Shown in pieces: positions 19,396 through 28,638 of a DNA stretch of 64,000 nt. The notes under the pieces were generated by a model. That model saw nothing but the letters and a program-made list of their open reading frames with translations. It did not search any database and was not told where the DNA came from. Made by a program: the position numbers and the translations under genes. Origin of the DNA: Synechococcaceae cyanobacterium (GTDB taxonomy: Bacteria; Cyanobacteriota; Cyanobacteriia; PCC-6307; Cyanobiaceae); the NCBI GenBank assembly GCA_046342775.1, contig JBKDOR010000095.1, positions 10,152 through 74,151 on the forward strand, given 5' to 3'. The first letter of the stretch is position 1; the number at the start of each line of letters is the position of its first letter.

Positions 19396-20649
19396 GTGAG
19401 GATGTCCCATCACCAGGTTTTGATCGTTGGCGGCGGCGCGGCAGGTCTCACCGTGGCCGCCCAGCTGAAGCGGGCCCGCCCAACCTTGGACATCACGCTG
19501 CTGGAACCATCGGACCAGCACGACTACCAACCCGGCTGGACCCTCGTGGCCGCGGGGGTGTTCAGCCTGGAGGAAACCCGGCGCCCTGAAGCGGGGCTGA
19601 TCCCCGCCGGTGTGCGCTGGATCCGGGCCGCCGCCACGGGATTCGACCCGGACGCCGGCCAGGTCAGCACCAGCGCTGGCGACACCCTGGGGTACGACGT
19701 GCTGGTGGTGGCAACGGGCATCAAGCTCTGCTGGGAGCGGATCGCCGGGCTGCCGGAGGCCCTTGGCCAGAACGGCATCACCAGCAACTACCGCCGCGAC
19801 CTGCTGCCTTACACCTGGAAGACGATTCAGGCGTTCCAGGGCGGCACCGCCCTGTTCACCTTCCCGCAAACGCCGATCAAGTGCGCCGGGGCGCCCCAGA
19901 AGATCATGTATCTGGCGGATGATGTATTCCGCCGTGATCCCGCCGTGGCGGAGCGCAGCACGGTGATCTACGCCACGGCCACCCCGGGCATCTTCGCGAT
20001 TCCCACCTTTGCCGAACCGCTGCGGCAGGTGGTGGCCCGGCGCGGCATTCAAGCCCGCTATCAGCACACGCTGCGCGAGGTGCGCTCCGCCTCGCGCGAG
20101 GCGGTGTTTGATGTGCGCGAGGGAGAGTCGCAGCGGGAGGAGGTGATCCGCTTCGACATGCTGCACGTCACCCCACCGATGGCGGCGCCAGATGTGGTGG
20201 CCAACAGCCCCCTGGCGGTGGCTGCCCCCGGTGGCTGGGTGGAGGTGGATCAGTTCAGCACCCAACATGTGCGCTACCCCAATGTGTTCTCCTTGGGGGA
20301 TGTCTCCTCCCTGCCGAATTCAAAAACCGCCGCGGCGATTCGCGGCCAGGCACCAGTGCTGGTGGCGAACCTGCTGGCCCATCTGGATGGCCAACCGCTC
20401 ACAGCCCGCTACGACGGCTACGCCTGCTGTCCGCTGATCACCGGCTACGGGCGCACGATCATGGCGGAGTTCAACTACAAAGGAGAGCCGGTTCCTTCGT
20501 TCCCCTTGGACCCCACCCAAGAGCGCTGGAGCATGTGGTTTATGAAGCGCAATGTGCTGCCAATGCTGTATTGGAATCGGATGCTGCGCGGCTATCCCCA
20601 CGAGCGGCGGTTCATGCCAGGGCTGGCACAGAAAACGGTGCCAGCTTAA
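19396..20649 (+). CDS. sqr: Sulfide:quinone oxidoreductase (type II-like)
   Basis: VLIVGGGAAG FAD motif, YQPGWTLV, PIKCAGAPQKI, YDGYACCP redox cysteines. Confidence 0.88.
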   Translation: MRMSHHQVLIVGGGAAGLTVAAQLKRARPTLDITLLEPSDQHDYQPGWTLVAAGVFSLEETRRPEAGLIPAGVRWIRAAATGFDPDAGQVSTSAGDTLGYDVLVVATGIKLCWERIAGLPEALGQNGITSNYRRDLLPYTWKTIQAFQGGTALFTFPQTPIKCAGAPQKIMYLADDVFRRDPAVAERSTVIYATATPGIFAIPTFAEPLRQVVARRGIQARYQHTLREVRSASREAVFDVREGESQREEVIRFDMLHVTPPMAAPDVVANSPLAVAAPGGWVEVDQFSTQHVRYPNVFSLGDVSSLPNSKTAAAIRGQAPVLVANLLAHLDGQPLTARYDGYACCPLITGYGRTIMAEFNYKGEPVPSFPLDPTQERWSMWFMKRNVLPMLYWNRMLRGYPHERRFMPGLAQKTVPA

Positions 20650-20921
20650 TCCTGAAGCTGGGGCACAAATGAGTGGCCAGGAAATTAAAAGTTGGAATAC
20701 AATTTAAAGGCAGCTTGTATAATTCTGATGACCGGTGGATGGGATGAATGCGACTCATCATCTGGCTGGACCATCCAGGTCAACGGGAGCCGGGAATCGC
20801 GATGTCTAGAGAGATCCTTAATTCGTTCACTCCGACGACCCAACCATCCTTCCCTGCTAATCCATAGCCTGCCTCGTGATTTTGGCTGGGAGCCTTATTG
20901 ATCGCAAAGAGCAAAGCTTCC

Positions 20922-21236
20922 CTAACCCTTACTCGAATCGCCATCGATCAGGCTGTCCTTACTCTGCTTGAGGTCTTTCCAGAGCTGGCGGATCTGCGCG
21001 TAGGCCGCCTCCTGGCTGAGCTTGCCGTTGGCCTGCAGGCCCACCAGCAGCCCGACCCGATCAGCGAATGTTTCGAGATTCTGATGGAAGACCAACCGTT
21101 GCGGGGACCAGCCGCTGCCGCGATAGCTGCTGTGGGCCTCCAGCGGCGAGCGCACGGTGTCACCGCGGGGCGTCTCATCGGCGGGGGATGGATCGTTGTA
21201 ACTGGATTCCACACGGCTCTGCCAACACTTCTCCAT
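20922..21236 (-). CDS. Conserved cyanobacterial hypothetical protein
   Basis: YRG..SPQRLVFHQNLETFADRVGLLVGLQANGKLSQEAAYAQIRQLWKDLKQSK pattern; start uncertain. Confidence 0.7.
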   Translation of the reverse strand: MEKCWQSRVESSYNDPSPADETPRGDTVRSPLEAHSSYRGSGWSPQRLVFHQNLETFADRVGLLVGLQANGKLSQEAAYAQIRQLWKDLKQSKDSLIDGDSSKG

Positions 21237-21267
21237 TCTGCCTGGGATAGCGAGGTGGCTGCTCGTC

Positions 21268-21286
21268 CTTAAACACCCCATAACGC
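21268..21286 (+). promoter_or_regulatory. Putative Pho (SphR/PhoB) box upstream of pstS
   Basis: CTTAAACA-CCC-CATAACGC, 11-bp period, resembling the cyanobacterial (Py)TTAAPyPy(T/A) repeats. Confidence 0.55.
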
Positions 21287-21338
21287 CCCGGGGTGTGGCG
21301 GCTTGCTATCCAGGTGTCGGTCCTTTCCACCAGCACCA

Positions 21339-22331
21339 ATGTCCTTCGCGAAGAAGGCTTCCATCCTTGGCCTGGGCGCCGTGCTCATCTCCGGCTCCAC
21401 CTTGGCCGTGCTCGCCCAGGGCGCTCCCACGATCAACGGCGCTGGTGCCACCTTCCCAGCCCCTTTCTACCAAAGCGCTTTTGCGGCTTTGGCCAGCAGT
21501 GGCATCAAGGTGAACTACCAATCGGTGGGTTCCGGTGCCGGCGTGCGTCAGTTCGTGGCGGGCACCGTGGATTTTGGCGCCACCGATGAACCGATCAAAG
21601 CCTCAGAGGCCGCCAAGGTGAAGCGCGGCGTGATCCAGTTCCCTTCGGTGGGCGGCACGATTGCGATCGGCTTCAACAAGTCGGATTGTGCTGATCTGAA
21701 ACTCACTCAGCAGCAGTTGGCCAACATCTTCCTGGGCAAGATCAACAACTGGAGCCAGCTCAAGTGCGGCAGTGGGCCGATCACCGTGGTGCATCGCTCC
21801 GATGGTTCCGGCACCACCTTCGCCTTCACCAACTCCCTGTCCTCCTTCTCCTCGGAGTGGAAGAGCAAGGTGGGTGAAGGCAAGAGTGTGAACTGGCCGG
21901 TGGGCCTCGGCGGCAAGGGCAACGAGGGCGTGGCGGCCTCGATCAGCAACACACCCGGCTCGATCGGCTACATCAATCAGGCGTTCGTGCGCGGAAAGAT
22001 CAAGGCGGCCGCGCTTCAGAACCGGGCGGGCAAGTTCGTGAAGCCGGACCTCAAGGGCGGCCGGGCGGCTCTCGCCAACGTGCAGCTCGACAGCAACCTT
22101 GCCGGCGAAGATCCGAACCCCCAGGGTGCGGACAGCTACCCCATCTCCACACTCACCTGGATCCTCGCCTACGAAAAGGGCAATGGGGAGAAAGCTGGAG
22201 CCATCCGACGCGCCATGTTGTTCCTGCTCAGCCCAGCGGCTCAGAACAAGGCCGATGACCTGGGCTACGTGCCCCTGCCGAGCGACCTGGTGAAGAAATC
22301 CCGCGCCGCCGTTGCTCGCATCGGCTCCTGA
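21339..22331 (+). CDS. pstS: Phosphate ABC transporter substrate-binding protein
   Basis: GAGATFPAPFY, YQSVGSGAG, VHRSDGSGTT, GKGNEGVA, YPISTLTWIL. Confidence 0.96.
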   Translation: MSFAKKASILGLGAVLISGSTLAVLAQGAPTINGAGATFPAPFYQSAFAALASSGIKVNYQSVGSGAGVRQFVAGTVDFGATDEPIKASEAAKVKRGVIQFPSVGGTIAIGFNKSDCADLKLTQQQLANIFLGKINNWSQLKCGSGPITVVHRSDGSGTTFAFTNSLSSFSSEWKSKVGEGKSVNWPVGLGGKGNEGVAASISNTPGSIGYINQAFVRGKIKAAALQNRAGKFVKPDLKGGRAALANVQLDSNLAGEDPNPQGADSYPISTLTWILAYEKGNGEKAGAIRRAMLFLLSPAAQNKADDLGYVPLPSDLVKKSRAAVARIGS

Positions 22332-22383
22332 TTTCAGGGCTCGACCGGATCAATAACCCTGGTGGTCGAAGCTGAGGGACCCG

Positions 22384-22409
22384 GAGCGGCTGATGCCGCT
22401 CTTTTTTTT
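22384..22409 (+). terminator. Rho-independent terminator after pstS
   Basis: GAGCGGC-TGAT-GCCGCTC hairpin followed by T8. Confidence 0.85.
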
Positions 22410-22484
22410 GCTCCAACGCGATTGCCGAACTGGGCTGCACGCCTTCCTCCAGCGCCGGCCATCCATCGCCCAGCACAGCGAAGC

Positions 22485-22503
22485 GTTAACCATGCCTTAA
22501 CAG
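22485..22503 (+). promoter_or_regulatory. Pho box upstream of ptrA-phoB-phoR
   Basis: GTTAACCA-TGC-CTTAACAG direct repeat with 11-bp period. Confidence 0.7.
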
Positions 22504-22575
22504 GCGCACTACCTCACCTTTGCCTGTGGCGCCGATGGCGCCCATAGGGTCGCCTTTGACACATGCTTCAAAGCC

Positions 22576-23208
22576 ATGGTGATGTCGCCGACGCCCGCGC
22601 AGCAGTGCGGTGACGACTTCCGGGAGCTGCTGGAAGCCAGCTATCGCCAAAATGCCCTCGTGCATCTCACCGCCGGCAGCCGTGTGCCGCTGTTGAAGCA
22701 CAACTTCTGGCTGGTGGTGCGCGGCATGGTGCGCCTCGGCGCCATCACCATCCATGGCGATGAAACCCTGCTGGGTTTGGCCGGGCCGAATGAACCCTTC
22801 GGCGATCCCCTCAGCGCCGTTCTGGCTTATCAAGCCACCACGTTGGTGGATACCGATCTGCTCTGCTTGCCGGCCAACGAGCTGCGCCGCCAGCCACGCT
22901 TGGCCTCGGCCATGCTGGAGGCGGTGGTGCAGCGTTATCGCCAGAGCCAATCGCTGCTGGCCCTGATGGCGCTGCGGCGGGTGGAAGAACGGGTGCGGGG
23001 CTTTTTGGAGATGCTCGTCAGCGATTACGGCCACCCCTGCGACCAAGGCCTACGGTTGCATGTGCGCTTCACCCATCAGGACATCGCCAATGCGGTGGGA
23101 ACCACCCGGGTCACCGTCACTCGCGTGATCGGGCAGCTGCGCCAGGAGGGCTGGCTGACATTCGACGCAGAACGCCATTTGGTGGTCAGCCATTTGCCGA
23201 CGCGGTGA
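22576..23208 (+). CDS. ptrA: Crp/Fnr family regulator, PtrA-like
   Basis: cNMP-binding-like domain and HTH FTHQDIANAVGTTRVTVTR; located between pstS and phoB. Confidence 0.85.
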   Translation: MVMSPTPAQQCGDDFRELLEASYRQNALVHLTAGSRVPLLKHNFWLVVRGMVRLGAITIHGDETLLGLAGPNEPFGDPLSAVLAYQATTLVDTDLLCLPANELRRQPRLASAMLEAVVQRYRQSQSLLALMALRRVEERVRGFLEMLVSDYGHPCDQGLRLHVRFTHQDIANAVGTTRVTVTRVIGQLRQEGWLTFDAERHLVVSHLPTR

Positions 23209-23255
23209 CCCAGCTGTTTTGGAGTGGCTCGATCGAAGCGGAGAATAGGGAGATG

Positions 23256-23948
23256 GAATGCTCCCTGCTGCTGGTTGAAGACGACGACACGATCCGGGAG
23301 ACCATCCTCGAGGCCCTGGGCCAGGAGGGATTTCATGTCACCGCTTTCGCCAACGGCCGAGATGCCCTCAAGGCGCTCCAGGCGGGATCGAGCCCGGAAC
23401 CACCCTTCGCCCTGGTGGTGCTCGATCTAATGCTGCCCGGCCTGGATGGGCTGGAGCTCTGCCGCCAGCTGCGCCGCTCCGGAGACAGCACGCCGATCCT
23501 GGTGGTCAGCGCTCGCGATTCCGAAGCCGATCGGGTCCGCGGCCTGGAGGTGGGCGCCGATGATTATCTGGTCAAGCCCTTCGGCATGCGGGAGCTGGTG
23601 GCCCGCTGCCGGGCTCTGCTGCGACGCAGCCTCTCCACCACGGCCATGCCGGTGGTGCTGGAGCATGCCAACCTGCGTCTCTATCCCGAGGAATGCCGCG
23701 TGACCCGCGATGGTCTCGACGTGAATCTTTCTCCCAAGGAGTACCGCCTGCTGGAGCTGTTCATGCAACATCCGCGCCGCGTCTGGAGTCGCGACAAGTT
23801 GCTGCAACACATCTGGGGACAAGACTATTTCGGTGACAGCAAAACCGTGGATGTGCATATCCGCTGGCTGCGCGAAAAACTGGAGAGCAATCCCTCCGCG
23901 CCCGAACATCTGGTCACCGTGAGAGGCTTTGGTTATCGCTTTGGTTGA
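23256..23948 (+). CDS. phoB: OmpR-family phosphate response regulator (PhoB/SphR)
   Basis: LLVEDD, LDLMLPG, DDYLVKPF, KTVDVHIRWLREK, TVRGFGYRFG; start may be upstream at 23205. Confidence 0.92.
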   Translation, partial: ECSLLLVEDDDTIRETILEALGQEGFHVTAFANGRDALKALQAGSSPEPPFALVVLDLMLPGLDGLELCRQLRRSGDSTPILVVSARDSEADRVRGLEVGADDYLVKPFGMRELVARCRALLRRSLSTTAMPVVLEHANLRLYPEECRVTRDGLDVNLSPKEYRLLELFMQHPRRVWSRDKLLQHIWGQDYFGDSKTVDVHIRWLREKLESNPSAPEHLVTVRGFGYRFG

Positions 23949-25045
23949 TGCAGGCGCTTCTGGGGTTTCTGTTGGGCGGCTTAGCGGGCTGGCTGCTGGC
24001 CCGCCGCCTCCAGCGCCAGCGGCCCTCGCCAGCCCTGCCGGCCTCCCTGCTGGTGGGCTGGGTGGTGGAGGATCCGGAGGGTTGGTTGATCGTGGATGGG
24101 GCCAACCAGGTGCATCTGCTCAATGCCCGGGCGGCAACTCTGATGCAGCTGGCCAGTGTGATCCCCCCATCCCGCCTTCCCCTGGACCAGCTCTGCACCG
24201 CCCCCGGGCTGCTCGAGTTGATCCGCGACTGCCGCCAACGCCAGCGGGGCCAGCGGCTCACCTGGCAACCCGGCGATGAACCGCTCGATCTGTTGGCGCT
24301 GCCGGGCAGCGGCGGCTGGGTGGCGGTGCGGCTGCAACGCCGCCGCTCGCTGGAGGCGCAGCAGCGGCAGCAGGAGCGCTGGGTGAGCGATGTCGCCCAC
24401 GAACTCAAAACGCCGCTGACGGCCCTGCTGCTGGTGGGCGACAGCCTGGCGGCCCAGGTGAACAGCCGTAACGCGGTGCTGGTGGAGCGGCTGCAGCGGG
24501 AGCTGCGGCGGCTGCAGCAGTTGGTGGGCGACATCTTGGAGCTGTCGCGTTTGGAAAACACCCTGCCCGGCCAGGGCCAAAGCCGCAGCAACGTGGCCTT
24601 GGCCGCCTTGGTGGAGCAGGTGTGGAGTGGCCTGCGGCCGCTGGCGGAAGAGCGCTCCATCCAGCTCAAGCTGACGGGAGATGCGGAGGCGCGTGTGGAG
24701 GCGGATTCAGCCCGGTTGCATCGCGCCCTGCTCAACCTGCTCGATAACGCCATCCGTTTCAGTCCCGATCGGGGCACCGTGGAGGTGGAGATCTCGACAT
24801 CCCGCGGTTGGTGCCTGGTGGCGGTGCGCGATCACGGCGAAGGTCTCTCCCCCCAGGACCAGACCCATCTGTTCGAGCGCTTCTATCGCGGTGATCCGGC
24901 CCGCATGCGCTCCCGCCGCAGCGGCAGCGGCCTGGGGCTGGCGATCGTGCAACAGATCGCCATCACCATGGGCGGCCGGGTTCAGGCCACAAACCATCCG
25001 CAGGGTGGAGCGCTGCTGGAGCTGGTGCTGCCGATGGGAAGCTGA
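23945..25045 (+). CDS. phoR: Phosphate sensor histidine kinase (PhoR/SphS)
   Basis: H-box DVAHELKTPLT, NLLDNA, DHGEG, FERFYRGD, GSGLGL. Confidence 0.92.
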   Translation: MMQALLGFLLGGLAGWLLARRLQRQRPSPALPASLLVGWVVEDPEGWLIVDGANQVHLLNARAATLMQLASVIPPSRLPLDQLCTAPGLLELIRDCRQRQRGQRLTWQPGDEPLDLLALPGSGGWVAVRLQRRRSLEAQQRQQERWVSDVAHELKTPLTALLLVGDSLAAQVNSRNAVLVERLQRELRRLQQLVGDILELSRLENTLPGQGQSRSNVALAALVEQVWSGLRPLAEERSIQLKLTGDAEARVEADSARLHRALLNLLDNAIRFSPDRGTVEVEISTSRGWCLVAVRDHGEGLSPQDQTHLFERFYRGDPARMRSRRSGSGLGLAIVQQIAITMGGRVQATNHPQGGALLELVLPMGS

Positions 25046-25049
25046 AACC

Positions 25050-26267
25050 ATGTCCGCCCATCCCCCCGCCGCTGCCGCCTCGATCGCTGCGGTGCTCGAC
25101 CCCATCATCCCCAGGGTGTCGGCCTGGATGGCGCAGCGCGGCGATGCCCTCTCCCTCGCCCAGGGGATGGTGCATTGGTCGCCTCCAGAGGGGGTGGACG
25201 CCGTGGTGTTCGAGGCGTTGCGCCAGGCCCGCCAGGCCCCGGATCGCCACGACAACCCGCATCGCTATGGCCCCGGGGCCGGCGATCCCGAGCTGCTCGC
25301 GGCGATCGCCAGCCAGCTGAGCCAGCAGCACCGGTTGGATCTCTCGGCCAGTGACCTGTGGGTGACCGCTGGCAGCAACATGGCGTTCCAGTTGGTGGTG
25401 CGGGCGATCTGCGATCCCGGCGATGCCGTGATCGTGCCGCTTCCCTGGTATTTCAACCACGCCATGGCCATCCAGCTGGCCGGGGCCGAACCGGTGGGGG
25501 TGGCCGCTGGCCTGGTGCCCGATCCCGATGTCCTGGCTGCGGCGATCACGCCGCGCACGCGCGCCATCGTCACCGTGTCGCCGGGCAACCCCAGCGGTGT
25601 GGTGATGCCCCGAGCGACGCTTGCCGCCATCGGCGCCCTCTGCGCCCGCCACGGTCTGTTCCATCTCAGCGATGAGGCCTATGCGCTGTTCTGCCATGGC
25701 CGAGAGCGCCACTGGAGTCCGGGCAGCGTTGGCGGCAGCGGCGCCCACACCGTGACCTTCCAGACCTTTTCCAAGGCCTACGGGATGGCGGGGTGGCGCC
25801 TGGGCTATGCCGCGGTGCCCCGCCAGCTGGGCCCGGCCCTGGCCAAGTTGCAAGACACGGTGCTGATCGCCCCATCCCGCTTGCTGCAGCGGGCCGGAGT
25901 GGCCGCCCTGGCCGCCGGACCAACCTGGTGTGCCGCTCAAACGGCTTCGCTCGCCCCGGCCCGAGAGCTCCTGCGGGACTGGCCCCAACAGCTGGGCGGC
26001 CAGGGGCTGGAAGCCCGCTGGCTGGCACCGCTGGACGGCGCCTTCTATGGATTGCTGGAGGTGGGCAGTCCGCTGGCGGGGGAGCCGCTGGTGCGGCGCC
26101 TGCTACTTGAGTTCGGCGTGGCCACCCTTCCGGGCGAGAGCTTCGGGCTGCCAACCCGACCAGGCCAGGCGGTGCTGCGGCTGAGCTACGGAATGCTGCG
26201 GGGGGAGGCGCTGCATCTGGCCCTTCAGCGTCTTGGCGAAGGATTGGGGCGCCTGGCCGAGGGCTGA
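25050..26267 (+). CDS. Class I/II PLP-dependent aminotransferase
   Basis: SPGNPSG, SDEAY, TFSKAYGMAGWRLGY. Confidence 0.92.
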   Translation: MSAHPPAAAASIAAVLDPIIPRVSAWMAQRGDALSLAQGMVHWSPPEGVDAVVFEALRQARQAPDRHDNPHRYGPGAGDPELLAAIASQLSQQHRLDLSASDLWVTAGSNMAFQLVVRAICDPGDAVIVPLPWYFNHAMAIQLAGAEPVGVAAGLVPDPDVLAAAITPRTRAIVTVSPGNPSGVVMPRATLAAIGALCARHGLFHLSDEAYALFCHGRERHWSPGSVGGSGAHTVTFQTFSKAYGMAGWRLGYAAVPRQLGPALAKLQDTVLIAPSRLLQRAGVAALAAGPTWCAAQTASLAPARELLRDWPQQLGGQGLEARWLAPLDGAFYGLLEVGSPLAGEPLVRRLLLEFGVATLPGESFGLPTRPGQAVLRLSYGMLRGEALHLALQRLGEGLGRLAEG

Positions 26268-26331
26268 GGGCTCCGTGGTGGGGGCTGGCGGAAGCTGGGC
26301 CGCGGGAGTCAACGGCTGTGTTGTGCCTTGA

Positions 26332-27204
26332 TCAGCCTGCGGAAAGCTTGGCCCGCAGCAGCCAGAGCTGATCGGCCTGAATCCAGAACAGCATGAGCTG
26401 ATCGCCCAGCAACACGCCTTCGCCATGGTTGATGGGCAGGCCGCCGCGACGGGCCTGGGCAAGGGGCAGACTGCGGCGCTCCAGCAACCCTGGCAGGGCT
26501 CCCAGTCCTGCGGGTCCTGTGGCCTCCGGCCTTGCGCTCTCCCAAAGCGCCTGATACGGCTGCTGGGCCGCACCCTCGGGCCGCCGCAGCGGCAGCTCCC
26601 CCTCAGCCGTGACCCGCCCGGGGGCTTCCCCACCACGGCGGACTTCGGAACGGCCCGCTGGGCTGCCCGTGGCGCTGGGCTCCTGCCCAGGGCGCGCTTC
26701 GGCCGGATCCGAGGCCAGACGGCGCAAACGCGCCAGCAGGCTTTCCGGGGTCTCCACCTCCGCCATGGCGCCGGGTTGACCACCGACCGCGCCGCCCGGG
26801 CGGGCCTGAGCAAGCCGATGCTGCTGCCTCGCCGCGACATCGCCGGCGCGGCCAGCTTGGCCACGCGGAACCGGCTTGCGCGGCACGAAGTCGGATTGGC
26901 CTCTCGGTTTGGCCGTGGCGCCAGGGTTGGCAGCCCTGGTTGCCATGGGTGGTGGCGGCGGCGGCAGTTGATCGAATCCCGGCAGAGGAACGATTGAGGG
27001 CGTTCCCGCCTCAGACTGGTTCCTGCTGAAGCGCAACAGCTCCGGGGTGTCGTCTATTGGGCGGACCTCGCCAGGCGCTGAAGCTGTCGCGGGCTTCAAC
27101 CTTTGGCGTTGCAACTGCAGCAGCGCCAACACCAGGCTGTGCAGCAGCACGGCAGCGAGCAGACACAGGCCGAGGGGACGCAGCCGCCGCAGGGCAGGGT
27201 TCAT
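26332..27204 (-). CDS. Membrane-anchored Pro/Ala-rich protein, possibly TonB/TolA-like
   Basis: N-terminal TM helix containing His (AVLLHSLVLALL), poly-Pro linker; last gene of the exbB-exbD-like cluster. Confidence 0.6.
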   Translation of the reverse strand: MNPALRRLRPLGLCLLAAVLLHSLVLALLQLQRQRLKPATASAPGEVRPIDDTPELLRFSRNQSEAGTPSIVPLPGFDQLPPPPPPMATRAANPGATAKPRGQSDFVPRKPVPRGQAGRAGDVAARQQHRLAQARPGGAVGGQPGAMAEVETPESLLARLRRLASDPAEARPGQEPSATGSPAGRSEVRRGGEAPGRVTAEGELPLRRPEGAAQQPYQALWESARPEATGPAGLGALPGLLERRSLPLAQARRGGLPINHGEGVLLGDQLMLFWIQADQLWLLRAKLSAG

Positions 27205-27635
27205 GGCAGCTGCAGCTCCAGGTTGCGCTGCGGAGCCTCAAGCCGCTCCACCAGGGATTGCACCAGGCCCCAGGGCACATCAGCATCAGGGACCAGGCGT
27301 ATCCGCACCCCGGGGGAGCGGCGCTCGGCCCGCTGCAGCAGACCCTGCAGAGAGCCGGCGGCGATCGGTTGATTCCAGAGCCGCAGGGCTCCGGCCCGGT
27401 TCAGCTGGATGGTCATCACCCCGCGGTTGGCGGGGCGCTGGGCGAGGCGTTGCGGCACCAGCAGGCAGGTCAAGCCGGCAAGGGCGAGGGCGACGGCCCA
27501 GAGTCCGAGCGCCGCGGCATCCAGGGCGAGCGCCCCAGAGCGGGGTGGGGCGGCGGTGCGCCGCAGGGCCCATTCGCGCGAGCCTGCACCACGCAGGTGG
27601 TCGTCGAGATGGAACAAAGGCGGAGACGACGACAT
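27201..27635 (-). CDS. ExbD/TolR-like protein
   Basis: Single TM helix, then IQLNRAGALRLWNQPI and IRLVPDADVPWGLVQSLVERL. Confidence 0.7.
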   Translation of the reverse strand: MSSSPPLFHLDDHLRGAGSREWALRRTAAPPRSGALALDAAALGLWAVALALAGLTCLLVPQRLAQRPANRGVMTIQLNRAGALRLWNQPIAAGSLQGLLQRAERRSPGVRIRLVPDADVPWGLVQSLVERLEAPQRNLELQLP

Positions 27636-27660
27636 CAGCAAAGGGCAATCAAGGATGGCC

Positions 27661-28014
27661 TCAGAGGGAGCGGGCTGGCAGCTCCAGCACCACCGCTCGC
27701 CCGCCGTGGCTGCGCACCCCGCGCAGCGAGCGGGTGGCTTCGGCGCTGCTGAGCCTTGCGGACACCAGCAGGTGCACATCACCGCCTGCGTGGCGGGCCA
27801 ACCGCTGGGCCAGATCGGCATCACGGATTGGCTCGCCATTGAGGTACCAGCGGCCGCTGCCGCTGCGCACCACCCAGATCGGTTTGACGAGGGAGGCGGT
27901 GGCTGGGGGCTGACGCAACCGCGGCGCCCGTTCTCCCCAGAGGTCGGGAACCAAAGCGACCGTTCCGCAGACGAGCAGGGTCAGCGTCACCAGGGCGGGC
28001 ATCACCAGGGTCAT
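27661..28014 (-). CDS. ExbD/TolR-like protein
   Basis: N-terminal TM helix, WYLNGEPI...LAQRL, VHLLVSARLS; overlaps the exbB-like stop. Confidence 0.65.
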   Translation of the reverse strand: MTLVMPALVTLTLLVCGTVALVPDLWGERAPRLRQPPATASLVKPIWVVRSGSGRWYLNGEPIRDADLAQRLARHAGGDVHLLVSARLSSAEATRSLRGVRSHGGRAVVLELPARSL

Positions 28015-28478
28015 GTCATGAGGCGCCGCGATAGCTGATCGAGGCGAGCCAACTGCCAGCGACGCAACCCTTGGTTGACGTAGAGACCGGCACTGGCCAC
28101 GAGAGCCAGGATCAGTCCCAGCGCTGTGGCCAACAGCACCTTGCCGTAGCCCTGGAGGTTGGCATTCGCCGGCAACAGCAACTGGGGCCCGAGCTGAGCC
28201 AGCACATCCATCAACCCAAGCACGGTGCCGATCAGCCCTAGCAAGGGCCCCAGCAGGATGGCAGCCTGCAGCAGGGATTCACCGAAGGCCATCTCGCGGT
28301 TCCAATCTTCGAGATGGGTTGGGGCGGCGGCTGGATCGTCACGAAGCTGAACTTTCCACAGCTCCGATCGCTGGTTCCTGCGGCGCAGCCATTGGGTCCA
28401 GAAGCGACAGCGGTCGATCAGCACGGTGAGCACGGCGATCGACAGGAGCAGCAACAACAGCGCAATCGGACCCGGCAT
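28011..28478 (-). CDS. MotA/TolQ/ExbB proton channel family protein
   Basis: LGPLLGLIGTVLGLM and VLLATALGL motifs. Confidence 0.85.
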   Translation of the reverse strand: MPGPIALLLLLLSIAVLTVLIDRCRFWTQWLRRRNQRSELWKVQLRDDPAAAPTHLEDWNREMAFGESLLQAAILLGPLLGLIGTVLGLMDVLAQLGPQLLLPANANLQGYGKVLLATALGLILALVASAGLYVNQGLRRWQLARLDQLSRRLMT

Positions 28479-28638
28479 AGCGGCAGATTGACCGCCTCGG
28501 GCGGCTGACCAGAGCGAAAGACTTCCGATCGATCGTATCCAGTCAGGCGGCGACCCCCAGGCGTGACCCCGCTTGACATGGCGAGGTTCTGTTCTCTGAC
28601 TAGGGTGCCCGCAGACCCTGGTTCGCCCGTCCAGACCG

